Shown: positions 16,000-25,491 of the stretch, one piece after another | Layout: each line of letters begins with the position of its first letter | Numbering within the stretch: position 1 is the first letter of the stretch | From: Candidatus Fraserbacteria bacterium | Lineage (GTDB): Bacteria; Bipolaricaulota; Bipolaricaulia; RBG-16-55-9 | DNA length: 55,877 nt | Assembly: GCA_037442925.1 (NCBI GenBank) | Contig: JBBIPG010000006.1 | Location: forward strand, 1-55,877 | Reading direction: 5' to 3' | The notes under the pieces: generated by a model | The model's database searches: none | The model's input: the letters and a program-made list of their open reading frames with translations, nothing else | What the model was told of the DNA's origin: nothing | Position numbers and translations under genes: made by a program

Positions 16000-18900
16000 T
16001 TCAGGGAAGGATCTCTCGTATTTCCGGCCCGGTCGTGCGTGCCAAGGGCATGGAAGGGATCAAGATCAGAGACTTGGTGCAAGTAGGCGAGCTCGGACTC
16101 ATCGGCGAAGTCATTGAAGCCAAGGGCGAGGAGATCTCCATTCAAGTCTATGAAGAGACCGATGGCCTCACCGTAGGAGAACCCGTCAAGAGCGACGGAA
16201 AACCCTTCTTGGTGGAGCTAGGCCCAGGGCTCTTAGGCTCAGTCTACGATGGGATTCAGCGCCCGCTCGAGGTCATCCGCGACCAGACGGGAAATTTTAT
16301 ATCCAGAGGCGCAACCGGCGATCCGCTCGCCAAGAATAAGAAATGGCACTTTGTTCCCACAGTGAAAGTGGGCGATCAAGTCTCTTTCGGGGACATCATC
16401 GGCTGGGTGCAAGAAAGCCCCACCATCAAGCATTACATCATGGTCCCGGAGGGCGTCTCCGGTGTGATCGCCCAGATTAAAGAGGGCGACTACACGATTG
16501 AAGCAGCCGTTGCGTCACTGAAAGACGGGACGCCGCTCAAGATGGTTCAGTCGTGGCCGATTCGCCGACCGCGGCCGGCTCAGCGCAAGATCCCCACAAG
16601 CGTCCCCTTGATCAGCGGTCAACGCATCTTTGACGTCTTCTTCCCCGTGCCAAAGGGAGGCAACGCCATCATTCCTGGACCCTTTGGGAGCGGGAAGTGC
16701 ATCTGGGGTGATGGACCGGTGCTCCTGGGAGATGGGCGGCTGGTAAAGATCCGAGATCTTTTTGAAGAATATCGCTTCAAGGGACGCTATGTCCAGCAGG
16801 GGCATGAAGAATTCACGTTGCTTGACGAGCCTCTGCCGATATTTTCCTACGAGGATGGCCAAGTTGCCCGCCGGGAGGCAACAGCCCTCTACAAAGGGCG
16901 CACAGATAGACTTGTCGAAGTACGTACGCGTACGGGCCGCTGGGCACGCGTGACGCCGATTCACAAGCTCAGGGTGGTTCATGGTGATCTCACGACCGAG
17001 GAAGTCGAAGCGCAATCCATAAAACCAGGGGATTTCCTAGTCACGCCCCGACTTGTTGAATTTGAAGGCTGTACGCAGAAGCTCCGTGAGGCATTTCTCG
17101 CTACCTTGAACACGGAGCGAGTGGCAGATCGGGATGCTTTAGACCAGATCTCATATACCATCCGCGAGTTCGCACGGAGACTCGGAAGCACGAAATCGCT
17201 TGCTACGCGCTTGGGCATCCATCCCAAGACCCTCGAGCAGTACGAAAAGCGTCGCAACCGACCACCCTTGCGATGTGTTCGCTCTCTCTTCGAGCTTGCC
17301 GGACGTAATTTGTCGGAGATCTCGCAGATCAAGTCGGAGAAGAACGCACACGCGTTGCAGATCCCAGAGCGCATGACTCCAGAGTTGGCAGAATTCTTGG
17401 GACTTCTGCTGAGTGACGGAACCCTCAAGCCAGGAACGGCAGCCTTCTACAACAACGACGAGTTCATGCTGAAGCGTTTCCAAACTCTGAGCAAACAACT
17501 CTTTGGACTTGAAGCACACCACGGACGGGCCAGAACCGTCAAATGTGTCCAGATCCACAGCCGATTGCTCGTCAGACTCTTGCGGTTTTTGGGAGTGCCC
17601 AACGCCAGCAAATCGCGCTGCTGTTCAGTGCCACCCTGCGTACTCCAGGCAGATCAGGAGAGCATAGCCCGATTCGTGAGTGCATACTTTGCCTGCGACG
17701 GATATGTCAACCCCAACCGTGCGGAACTTGAGTTCACGACAGCGAGCCCAGAGATGGCCCTGGGTTTGAGCTATCTCCTATTGCGTCTTGCGGTGATCGG
17801 GAAGTTAGCAGAGAAGAGAGTCAATGGACGCACGTACCACAAGCTGATGATTTCAGGCCGTGAGCAAGTAGGCCGTTTCTACGAGAGCTGCAAACATCTC
17901 GACTTCCCCAAACTCAGGGAGATTCACGCATACCTTCGACGCGAGCGGAGGCCCTATACAAACATTGACATAGTTCCTGCCTCGAAAGAGTTCCTCCAGA
18001 CGCTCTATGAAAGCTTTGGCCGACCTTACGGCAAGCTGCAAAGGGTCCACGTTGAGCCTCACAACTATGTGACCGCAGGCGAGCGCTTGAGCAAAGAGAT
18101 GTTCCGGAGGCTCGTGCAGGTGCTGGATGAGCCTAGACTCACACACCTGGCGACGAATCACCTGGAGCATGTTTTCTTCGACGAGGTCGTAGAAGTGCGA
18201 CACATTGATGAACCCCAGGAAGTGTACGACCTCACTGTACCGGGCACGCATAACTTCGTGGGTGGCTTCGGGCCGATGATCTTGCACAATACTGTTATGC
18301 AGCAGTCACTGGCCAAGTGGTCTGACGCCGATATTGTGGTCTACATCGGCTGCGGCGAGCGCGGCAATGAGATGACCGAGGTATTGACAGAATTCCCACA
18401 TCTTGAGGACCCGCGCACCGGCGCACCCTTGATGAATCGAACGATTCTCGTTGCCAATACATCCAACATGCCCGTGGCCGCACGCGAGACTTCGATCTAC
18501 ACCGGCATCACACTGGCAGAGTACTACAGAGACATGGGCTACGACGTGGCACTCTTTGCTGACTCGACTTCTCGTTGGGCCGAAGCGCTACGAGAGATTT
18601 CGGGACGGCTAGAAGAGATGCCGGGTGAAGAAGGATATCCGCCCTATCTGGCAAGCCGTATCGCAGAGTTCTATGAGCGCAGCGGACGCGTCATCTGCCT
18701 GGGTCACGGCGTACCCGAAGGCAAGAAGGCGCACGACTCACAGCGTCGCGAGGGTTCTGTCACCGTGATCGGCGCTGTCTCTCCTCCTGGCGGTGATTTT
18801 TCAGAGCCCGTCACCCAGAACTCACTCAGAATCGCAGGCGCTTTCTGGGGTCTAGATGCGCGACTGGCCTACAGCCGCCACTTCCCGGCGATCAACTGGC

Positions 18901-19364
18901 TTACCAGCTACTCGCTCTATCTCGATGCACTGCGAGACTGGTTCGTCAGCGAACTGAGCGAAGAGTTTCTCACTATGCGCACGCGGCTCATGGAGATCCT
19001 CCAGAAGGAAGACGAGCTCAACAAGATCGTGCAACTCGTCGGCAAGGAATCGTTGAGCGATCCGGATAAACTCTTGCTCGATGTCGCCCGAACCGTGCGC
19101 GATGACTTCTTGCGACAGAGCGCCTTCCATGAGATCGAAGGGTACTGCCCGCCGAAGAAGGCCTACTACATGATGAAGGCGATTGTGACATTCTACGAAC
19201 AGTGCCAATCGTTACTGGGCGAGATGCCCTACAGCGAAATCTTGAAACTATCGGGTTGGGAGAAGATCTCTAAGATGAGATACTTTCCCAATGATGGCTT
19301 TGAGCCACAGTGTGAAGCGCTCATCAAAGAGCTTGCCGAAGAAGGCGTCGCGCAACGCGCATGA
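15996..19364 (+). CDS. ntpA: V/A-type ATP synthase subunit A, intein-containing (591 aa after splicing)
   Basis: GPFGSGK|TV P-loop split by an insertion; 'GCGERGNE', 'ADSTSRWAEALREIS', 'SPPGGDFSEPVTQ'. Confidence 0.97.
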   Translation: MIQGRISRISGPVVRAKGMEGIKIRDLVQVGELGLIGEVIEAKGEEISIQVYEETDGLTVGEPVKSDGKPFLVELGPGLLGSVYDGIQRPLEVIRDQTGNFISRGATGDPLAKNKKWHFVPTVKVGDQVSFGDIIGWVQESPTIKHYIMVPEGVSGVIAQIKEGDYTIEAAVASLKDGTPLKMVQSWPIRRPRPAQRKIPTSVPLISGQRIFDVFFPVPKGGNAIIPGPFGSGKCIWGDGPVLLGDGRLVKIRDLFEEYRFKGRYVQQGHEEFTLLDEPLPIFSYEDGQVARREATALYKGRTDRLVEVRTRTGRWARVTPIHKLRVVHGDLTTEEVEAQSIKPGDFLVTPRLVEFEGCTQKLREAFLATLNTERVADRDALDQISYTIREFARRLGSTKSLATRLGIHPKTLEQYEKRRNRPPLRCVRSLFELAGRNLSEISQIKSEKNAHALQIPERMTPELAEFLGLLLSDGTLKPGTAAFYNNDEFMLKRFQTLSKQLFGLEAHHGRARTVKCVQIHSRLLVRLLRFLGVPNASKSRCCSVPPCVLQADQESIARFVSAYFACDGYVNPNRAELEFTTASPEMALGLSYLLLRLAVIGKLAEKRVNGRTYHKLMISGREQVGRFYESCKHLDFPKLREIHAYLRRERRPYTNIDIVPASKEFLQTLYESFGRPYGKLQRVHVEPHNYVTAGERLSKEMFRRLVQVLDEPRLTHLATNHLEHVFFDEVVEVRHIDEPQEVYDLTVPGTHNFVGGFGPMILHNTVMQQSLAKWSDADIVVYIGCGERGNEMTEVLTEFPHLEDPRTGAPLMNRTILVANTSNMPVAARETSIYTGITLAEYYRDMGYDVALFADSTSRWAEALREISGRLEEMPGEEGYPPYLASRIAEFYERSGRVICLGHGVPEGKKAHDSQRREGSVTVIGAVSPPGGDFSEPVTQNSLRIAGAFWGLDARLAYSRHFPAINWLTSYSLYLDALRDWFVSELSEEFLTMRTRLMEILQKEDELNKIVQLVGKESLSDPDKLLLDVARTVRDDFLRQSAFHEIEGYCPPKKAYYMMKAIVTFYEQCQSLLGEMPYSEILKLSGWEKISKMRYFPNDGFEPQCEALIKELAEEGVAQRA
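16698..18290 (+). mobile_element. Intein (531 aa) with a LAGLIDADG homing endonuclease
   Basis: Starts Cys (CIWGDGPV); block B 'VTPIHKL'; LAGLIDADG-like 'FLGLLLSDG' and 'FVSAYFACDG'; block F 'VYDLTVPGTHNF'; ends His-Asn followed by Thr. Confidence 0.96.
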
Positions 19365-19378
19365 GGAAGGGATGAACC

Positions 19379-20782
19379 ATGACTACAGAACTGTACGCGA
19401 AGGCGCATAGAAAGATTCAGGACATCAAGGGGCCGCTCGTCTTTTTGGAAGCCGTTTCGGATGTCAAGTATGGCGAACGAGTGGTGATTGTCAATAGCCA
19501 GGGCCGCCGCAAGAGCGGGCAGGTCCTCGAAGTGGGAGAGAAGGCCATCGTCGTTCAGGTCTTTGAAGGGAGCGATGGCCTCGACCGCAAAGGCACGGCC
19601 GTCTTCTTCACGGGCGATATCGTCAAGCTGGGGCTCTCGGAAGACATGCTGGGAAGAGTCTTCGATGGCTCCGGCAATCCCCGTGATGGCTTGGGTGAAG
19701 TCTATCCCGAATTCGAGCGACCGATCACCGGAAGCCCCCTCAACCCCGTCTGCCGCCAGCAGCCCAAAGAGTGGATCGAGACGGGTGTATCTTCCATCGA
19801 CATGCTCTTCACCCTGGTCAAGGGACAGAAGCTGCCCATCTGGGGCGGGCCAGGACTACCTCTCAATGCTGCCACCATGCAAGTTGCCCGTCAGGTGATC
19901 CGTCAATCCGGCGAAGAGCTCGTCGTCGTATTCGCAGCTATGGGCATCACGTCGCGCGAGTACAATTATTTCTATCGAGAGTTCCAGGACAGCGGCGCTC
20001 TGGCAAGCTCGGTGCTCTTTCTCAATCTTGCCGACGACGCAACGATTGAAAGAATCCTGACTCCACGCTTGGCGCTCACGGCGGCGGAGTATTTCGCCTT
20101 CGACAAGGGCCGCGACGTGCTCGTGATTCTGACCGACATGCTCAACTACGCCAACGCTCTTCGCGAAATCAGCTCCGCACGAGAAGAGATCCCCGGTCGA
20201 CGAGGCTATCCCGGCTATCTCTACACAGATCTCTCAACGATCTATGAGCGTGCCGGCATCATCAAGGGACAGAAGGGGAGCGTCACTCAGATGCCCATCG
20301 TCACTATGCCCAACGACGACATCACACACCCCGTGATTGACCTCACAGGCTACATCACCGAGGGGCAGATTCTGCTCAGTCGCGCTCTGGATCGCGCAGG
20401 CTTCTTCCCGCCCATTGACGTGCTGCCCAGTCTATCTCGGTTGATGAACTTAGGGATCGGCAAAGAGAAGACTAGAGAAGACCATAGACAACTGGCGGAT
20501 CAGCTCTACGCCCTCTACGCCCAAGGCAAGGAACTGGAAAAGCTGACGGCCATCATCGGTGCGGAGGGCTTGGGCGCAACCGAGAAGCGCGTCTTGCAGT
20601 TCACGCGTCGCTTCGAAGAGGAGTTCATCAATCAAGGACAGCAGCCACGTTCCTTGAAGGAGAGTCTGGACTTGGGCTGGGATCTCCTGGCCGAAGTGCC
20701 GCGAGCTGAACTGCGGCGTGTGGAAGATAAATATGTCGAAAAGTACATGCCCAAGCGAGAAAGTGTGGGAGTGGGGGTGTGA
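19379..20782 (+). CDS. ntpB: V/A-type ATP synthase subunit B
   Basis: 'ERILTPRLALTAAEY', 'PGRRGYPGYLYTDL', 'TGYITEGQI', 'LPSLSRLM'. Confidence 0.97.
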   Translation: MTTELYAKAHRKIQDIKGPLVFLEAVSDVKYGERVVIVNSQGRRKSGQVLEVGEKAIVVQVFEGSDGLDRKGTAVFFTGDIVKLGLSEDMLGRVFDGSGNPRDGLGEVYPEFERPITGSPLNPVCRQQPKEWIETGVSSIDMLFTLVKGQKLPIWGGPGLPLNAATMQVARQVIRQSGEELVVVFAAMGITSREYNYFYREFQDSGALASSVLFLNLADDATIERILTPRLALTAAEYFAFDKGRDVLVILTDMLNYANALREISSAREEIPGRRGYPGYLYTDLSTIYERAGIIKGQKGSVTQMPIVTMPNDDITHPVIDLTGYITEGQILLSRALDRAGFFPPIDVLPSLSRLMNLGIGKEKTREDHRQLADQLYALYAQGKELEKLTAIIGAEGLGATEKRVLQFTRRFEEEFINQGQQPRSLKESLDLGWDLLAEVPRAELRRVEDKYVEKYMPKRESVGVGV

Positions 20783-20788
20783 GCGACC

Positions 20789-21463
20789 ATGGCTGCCACG
20801 GAGTCGATCAAGACTACCCGAGATGAGCTGCTGCGCACGCGGCAAGAACTCAAGATCGCCCGCGGTGGCAAGGAGATCTTAGAGAAAAAGAAAGAGGCGC
20901 TCTTGGGCCGCTTTCTCCAGATGGTGCGCCAATATAAGGGCAAGCGCGAGGCGCTTCTGCACGATCTTAAGTACTTGAAGGACACGCTGGCGCTCACGCG
21001 CGCCCGCGACGGCAGCGTGACAGTGAGGTCGCTGGCACTAGCCACAAGCCAAGATGTCGAGCTGGATATATCCAAAGATAACGTGATGGGCACCAAGATC
21101 TTTGGGATGAAGCACACCGCGATCCGACGCGACATGCTCTCGCGCGGCTACAACCCGGCCAGCACGAGCAGCCGCATCGAGGCCGTTGCGTCCACAGCAG
21201 AGCTCTTGCTCGACAAGATGCTGGCGATTGCCCACCTGGAGCACAATATCAAAACAGTCGGCAAAGAGATGGGCGCGCTCAATCGAAAAATCAACGCCTT
21301 GGAAGAGACGATCATCCCGGGGCTGCAAAAGAAGCTACGCTACATTCAAGATGCGCTGGAGCAAAACGAGCGTGAAGAGATTTTCCGATTGAAGATGGTC
21401 AAGCGCATCCAAGAGCGCAAGGCCACGCTCGCTGAGCACGAGGAGATCTTGACTGTGGCGTGA
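20789..21463 (+). CDS. ntpD: V/A-type ATP synthase subunit D
   Basis: 'TRDELL...ARGG..LEKK', 'RKINALE..IIP', 'EREEIFRLK'. Confidence 0.93.
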   Translation: MAATESIKTTRDELLRTRQELKIARGGKEILEKKKEALLGRFLQMVRQYKGKREALLHDLKYLKDTLALTRARDGSVTVRSLALATSQDVELDISKDNVMGTKIFGMKHTAIRRDMLSRGYNPASTSSRIEAVASTAELLLDKMLAIAHLEHNIKTVGKEMGALNRKINALEETIIPGLQKKLRYIQDALEQNEREEIFRLKMVKRIQERKATLAEHEEILTVA

Positions 21464-21567
21464 GTGCACCAGCATCTCAGCGAATACGCCAATGAATTCC
21501 CCGCTTGTATAATGAACTTAAGAGGTGAAGGAACACGCGAGCTTCTCATCGTTCGTACAACTGGAGA

Positions 21568-22584
21568 TTGCTGATCCGAAGAGGAATTCTTGGCATCTTC
21601 TTAACCAGTCTTGCACTGTACACGCTCTGGCCGTGGCTGCCAGGGTTGCAGGGCGCTCCGACACGCACCATGGTGCTCTACGGCTTCAGCATCCTGGGCG
21701 AAGTGATGAATGAGGGCATCTTCCCTGCCTTTCAAGCAGAGTGGAAGGCCAAAACAGGCCAGACCGTGGAATTCATCTCGTCATTTGCCGGATCAGGCAC
21801 CATCACAAATCAAATCATTCTGGGCGTCCCGGCCGAAGTGGCCATTCTCTCCTTGGAGCTGGATGCGTTGCGCCTGGTGGATGCAGGCGTCCTTGCTGCT
21901 TCGACCTGGCATGATTTGCCCTATCGGGGCATCCTCAATCGCACGCCTTTCATCATCTTAGTTCGACCCGACAATCCCAAGATGATCCGTGATTTTGCTG
22001 ATCTCGCTCAACCCGCAGTGGGCGTGGTCCATCCGGACCCACTGACCTCCGGAGGGGCCCAGTGGGCCATCCTTGCAGAGTACGGTTCCGCCCTATTCCG
22101 CACAGGGGACAAGGCACAAGCCTATGAGCAATTGCTGGGCATCTGGCGCAATGTGATCGCCCAGGCATCTTCCGCCCGAGCGGCGCGGACGCAATTCGAG
22201 AACGGCTTTGGAGATGCGCTCGTCACCTATGAGCAAGAGGCACTATGGGATCGGGCTCGCAACAAGCTAAGTGCCGAGATCGTCTATCCCGCCAGCACGA
22301 TCTTAAGCGAGCACACGGTTGTGGTGATCCAGAAGAACTTGCATCCAAAACAGCGTGACGTGGTGCAGGCGTTCGTCGACTTTCTCTGGAGCGACACGGC
22401 CCAGCGCATCTTCGTGGAGTACGGCTTTCGCAGTGTGAATGAACAACTCAACAAGGCCAACCCGGACTTTGGGGTGATCCCCCAGCCGTTTACGGTAAAC
22501 GACCTGGGCGGCTGGCTGCAGGCCAAACGTGAGATCATCGAAGCCATCTGGAAAGCACAAGTCCTCTCCGAGCTGCGACGATGA
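21568..22584 (+). CDS. sbp: Sulfate/thiosulfate ABC transporter substrate-binding protein
   Basis: 'SSFAGSG', 'PDPLTSGGAQW', 'GDALVTYEQE', 'DLGGW'. Confidence 0.88.
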   Translation: MLIRRGILGIFLTSLALYTLWPWLPGLQGAPTRTMVLYGFSILGEVMNEGIFPAFQAEWKAKTGQTVEFISSFAGSGTITNQIILGVPAEVAILSLELDALRLVDAGVLAASTWHDLPYRGILNRTPFIILVRPDNPKMIRDFADLAQPAVGVVHPDPLTSGGAQWAILAEYGSALFRTGDKAQAYEQLLGIWRNVIAQASSARAARTQFENGFGDALVTYEQEALWDRARNKLSAEIVYPASTILSEHTVVVIQKNLHPKQRDVVQAFVDFLWSDTAQRIFVEYGFRSVNEQLNKANPDFGVIPQPFTVNDLGGWLQAKREIIEAIWKAQVLSELRR

Positions 22585-23399
22585 ACGGGAAACCACGCCA
22601 CGTAATGGGCCTCCTGCCCATCTCCCTGCTTCTAGTTGTATTGTCTCCCCTGATTCTCATGCCCTTAGCTGCGATCTACATCTTTGCCGTCGGCGGTGGG
22701 TTGGATGCATTTGTCCGCGCGCTCAGCAACCCGGACGCTCAATTTGCCCTGCGCTTCTCCCTCCTGATCGCCTCTGCCACGGCCCTGATCAACGCGATCT
22801 TGGGGACCTTTGCGGCCTACGTCCTCTCGAAATACCGCTTTCGCGGACGAGAAGCGCTCACTGTGATCGTGAACCTGCCTGTGGCCATCCCCACCGTGGT
22901 GGTCGGCACCTCGCTGCTCTTGCTTTGGGGACCGATCGGGCTTCTCGGGCAACTTCTTGATCCGCTGGGCATCCAGCCGATGTTCGCTCCCATGGGCGTT
23001 CTGCTGGCTCATCTCTTCGTCACCTTCCCGTACATGCTTGGCGCCATCAAGCCGGTGCTTGACGAATTGGAAGTGACCTATGAAGAGGCTTCCTATACCA
23101 TCGGCGCCAATCGCTGGCAGACGTTTCGTTTCGTGCTCTTGCCAGCACTTCGCGGTGGGTTGTTCTCCGGAACCCTGCTCACCTTTGCCCACTCCTTGGG
23201 CGAATTTGGAGCCACTGTAATGGTGAGCGGCAACCTCCGACTACGCACACAGACGGCCCCCCTCTACATCTTCTCCCAGTTTGAGGCGGGCAACCTGGAA
23301 GCGGCCAACGCCGTCGCAGCCGTGCTGGCCACACTCTCGTTCGTGCTCTTCTTTGGCCTGCTCCGCTTCACCCAGTTGCGCCGGGAGAGGACGGCCTGA
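22581..23399 (+). CDS. cysT: Sulfate ABC transporter permease (CysT-like)
   Basis: 'LPVAIPTVVVG', 'FVTFPY', EAA loop 'EEASYTIGA', 'SLGEFGA'. Confidence 0.88.
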   Translation: MNGKPRHVMGLLPISLLLVVLSPLILMPLAAIYIFAVGGGLDAFVRALSNPDAQFALRFSLLIASATALINAILGTFAAYVLSKYRFRGREALTVIVNLPVAIPTVVVGTSLLLLWGPIGLLGQLLDPLGIQPMFAPMGVLLAHLFVTFPYMLGAIKPVLDELEVTYEEASYTIGANRWQTFRFVLLPALRGGLFSGTLLTFAHSLGEFGATVMVSGNLRLRTQTAPLYIFSQFEAGNLEAANAVAAVLATLSFVLFFGLLRFTQLRRERTA

Positions 23400-25285
23400 T
23401 GTCCATCGTCTTGACGGAACTAACCAGACGTTTTGACGATGTGCCTGTCGTCAACCACATCTCTTTGGAGATCCGTGATGGGGAATTGTTCGTCCTGCTA
23501 GGAGGCAGCGGGAGCGGCAAGAGCACTCTCTTGCGCCTGATCGCCGGTCTTTTAGAACCGGATGAAGGCCGCATCGAGTTGGACGGCAAGGATGTCACAT
23601 GGCTTCCGCCGCAGGCACGGGGAGTGGGCTTCGTCTTCCAGAACTACTCCATCTTCCGCCATATGACCGCGGCGCAAAACATCGAGTTTGGCCTGCGCAT
23701 TCGTGGGGTTCCCAAAGCGAATCGCAGCCAGCGGGTAGAGGAATTGTTGGAGCTGGTGGGGTTGTCCGGACTGGGAGCACGCTATCCCGATCAACTGTCG
23801 GGAGGACAACAACAGCGCGTGGCGTTGGCCCGTGCCCTGGCATATCATCCAGCCGTATTACTCCTCGATGAACCGTTTGGCGCGCTGGATGTGAAAATTC
23901 GTGTCCAGATGCGGCAGAGTCTCAAGGAGATTCAACGACGACTCAAAGTAACAACTATTCTTGTGACTCACGATCAAGAGGAAGCGTTTGAATTGGGAGA
24001 CCGCGTTGGTGTGATTGAGCGGGGGCACCTGATCGAGGTCGGAAGCCCTGAAGCACTGTACCATTATCCGCGCACGGAGTTTGTGGCCACCTTCATCGGA
24101 GGAGGCAACGTGCTGGTAGGCCGCGCTATAGCAGGTCAGATCCAGCTGGGCTCCGTGACCTTGCCCCTCCCTGCAAATGCGCCCAGACACGATGAGGGAG
24201 CACCCGTGCGGATCCTCTTTCGGCCGGAGAGCGTCTTGCTACGAGCAGAGCCCTTTGACGCCCGGTGCGACATTCACGTGCTCGGCCAAGGACAGATCAG
24301 GGAACGAGTCTTCGCAGGTTCGCTGCAACGCCTGCGACTGGAGGTCGAGGGCCTGCGCGGGGTGCGACCACTGGCACCCCTGCCCGTCTACGGTCAGCAC
24401 ACTACTCTCATCGAGGCCGTACAGCCTAGCGAAGAGGGCCATCTCGACTGCTATGCGCCTGGGCAGCGCCTGTGGCTTGGGATTCAAACGTACCATGTTC
24501 TGGAGCCGACGGGTCTTAAGATTCTCATCTGTGCCGGTGAAAGTCCGGACATGAATGCGGCAGCCGAATATGGCTGTCGTTTAGCTCAAGCCGCTCAGGG
24601 TCCCGCAACGCTTCTAGCTGTCGCGGAGTCTGATTCAGCCATAGCCCTCGCGCGTGATCGCGTGGAGGAGCTGCGCCAACGCTGGCTAGTTCAGCTGCCA
24701 CGCCTGGAGACCCGCGTGCGGCAAGGTGCAATAGCCGACGAGATCTTGCTGGAAGCGCAAGAGGGTCATTACGAGCTGGTAGTCCTCGGTCGAACGCCCA
24801 CTCCCCACCAGATGGATTTGGAACCCGTCGCACGTCATCTGCTGGAATGGATTGAACTGCCCGTGTTACTCGTCCCGCAACCACGTTCGCCCATCGAACG
24901 GATGTTGATCTGCACAGCGGCGGGCGAACCCGGCAAGTCCGATGTGCTCTTCGGTGGGCGGTTGGCTCGGCGGCTAGGTGCGTTTGTGACCGTACTGCAT
25001 GTACTGCGCTCTCAGGCCCCTCAAGAGGAAAGAGCGCGTGCCGAACGCCACTTACGCCGAGCGCAGGCCTCGTTGGAGGCCTTGGGAGTACGTTGCCAGA
25101 TCAAGGTCAAAGAAGAGCCAGCTCTCCGGCACATTCTAAGCGAAGCGGAAAGCGGGGACTACGACCTCATCGTCATCGGCGCTCCCGGACCGAGAGCACC
25201 CTATCAGTTCCGCCAGTCGGACATGGCTACCCAAATCATCACGAGTACCACCCGGCCCGTGCTTGTGGTCCCCTTGGTCGAGTGA
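23399..25285 (+). CDS. cysA: Sulfate ABC ATPase (CysA-like) fused to two C-terminal universal stress protein domains
   Basis: GGSGSGKS, LSGGQQQR, LLLDEPF, VTHDQEEA; then two USP repeats ('EILLEAQEGHYELVVLG...LPVLLVP' and 'ILSEAESGDYDLIVIG...RPVLVVP'). Confidence 0.88.
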   Translation: MSIVLTELTRRFDDVPVVNHISLEIRDGELFVLLGGSGSGKSTLLRLIAGLLEPDEGRIELDGKDVTWLPPQARGVGFVFQNYSIFRHMTAAQNIEFGLRIRGVPKANRSQRVEELLELVGLSGLGARYPDQLSGGQQQRVALARALAYHPAVLLLDEPFGALDVKIRVQMRQSLKEIQRRLKVTTILVTHDQEEAFELGDRVGVIERGHLIEVGSPEALYHYPRTEFVATFIGGGNVLVGRAIAGQIQLGSVTLPLPANAPRHDEGAPVRILFRPESVLLRAEPFDARCDIHVLGQGQIRERVFAGSLQRLRLEVEGLRGVRPLAPLPVYGQHTTLIEAVQPSEEGHLDCYAPGQRLWLGIQTYHVLEPTGLKILICAGESPDMNAAAEYGCRLAQAAQGPATLLAVAESDSAIALARDRVEELRQRWLVQLPRLETRVRQGAIADEILLEAQEGHYELVVLGRTPTPHQMDLEPVARHLLEWIELPVLLVPQPRSPIERMLICTAAGEPGKSDVLFGGRLARRLGAFVTVLHVLRSQAPQEERARAERHLRRAQASLEALGVRCQIKVKEEPALRHILSEAESGDYDLIVIGAPGPRAPYQFRQSDMATQIITSTTRPVLVVPLVE

Positions 25286-25289
25286 ACCC

Positions 25290-25485
25290 ATGTAGCCCTG
25301 CTGATCTCCTCGTTTTGGAACACACAAGCTGCGAAGAAGGCATCACGAGCAGCCATCTTCAAGTCCTTTCTACAGGTAGCCTCTGCCTTCTTGACAACTC
25401 GCAGGACTCTTGAGAACATTGAGCTAATAAGTGACTGAACTAGAGTGTGGACGGACATCTGCAGCAGAACGTCGCCGTAGGAGGC
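25290..25485 (-). pseudogene. Truncated paralog of the small gene at 40157-40423
   Basis: KKAEATCRKDLKMAARDAFFAACVFQNEEI versus QKAQATCIKDLKMAARDAFFSACGFRDEAI; 57/69 nt identical (25323-25391 vs 40258-40326). Boundaries are approximate. Confidence 0.7.
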
Positions 25486-25491
25486 TAAAGT

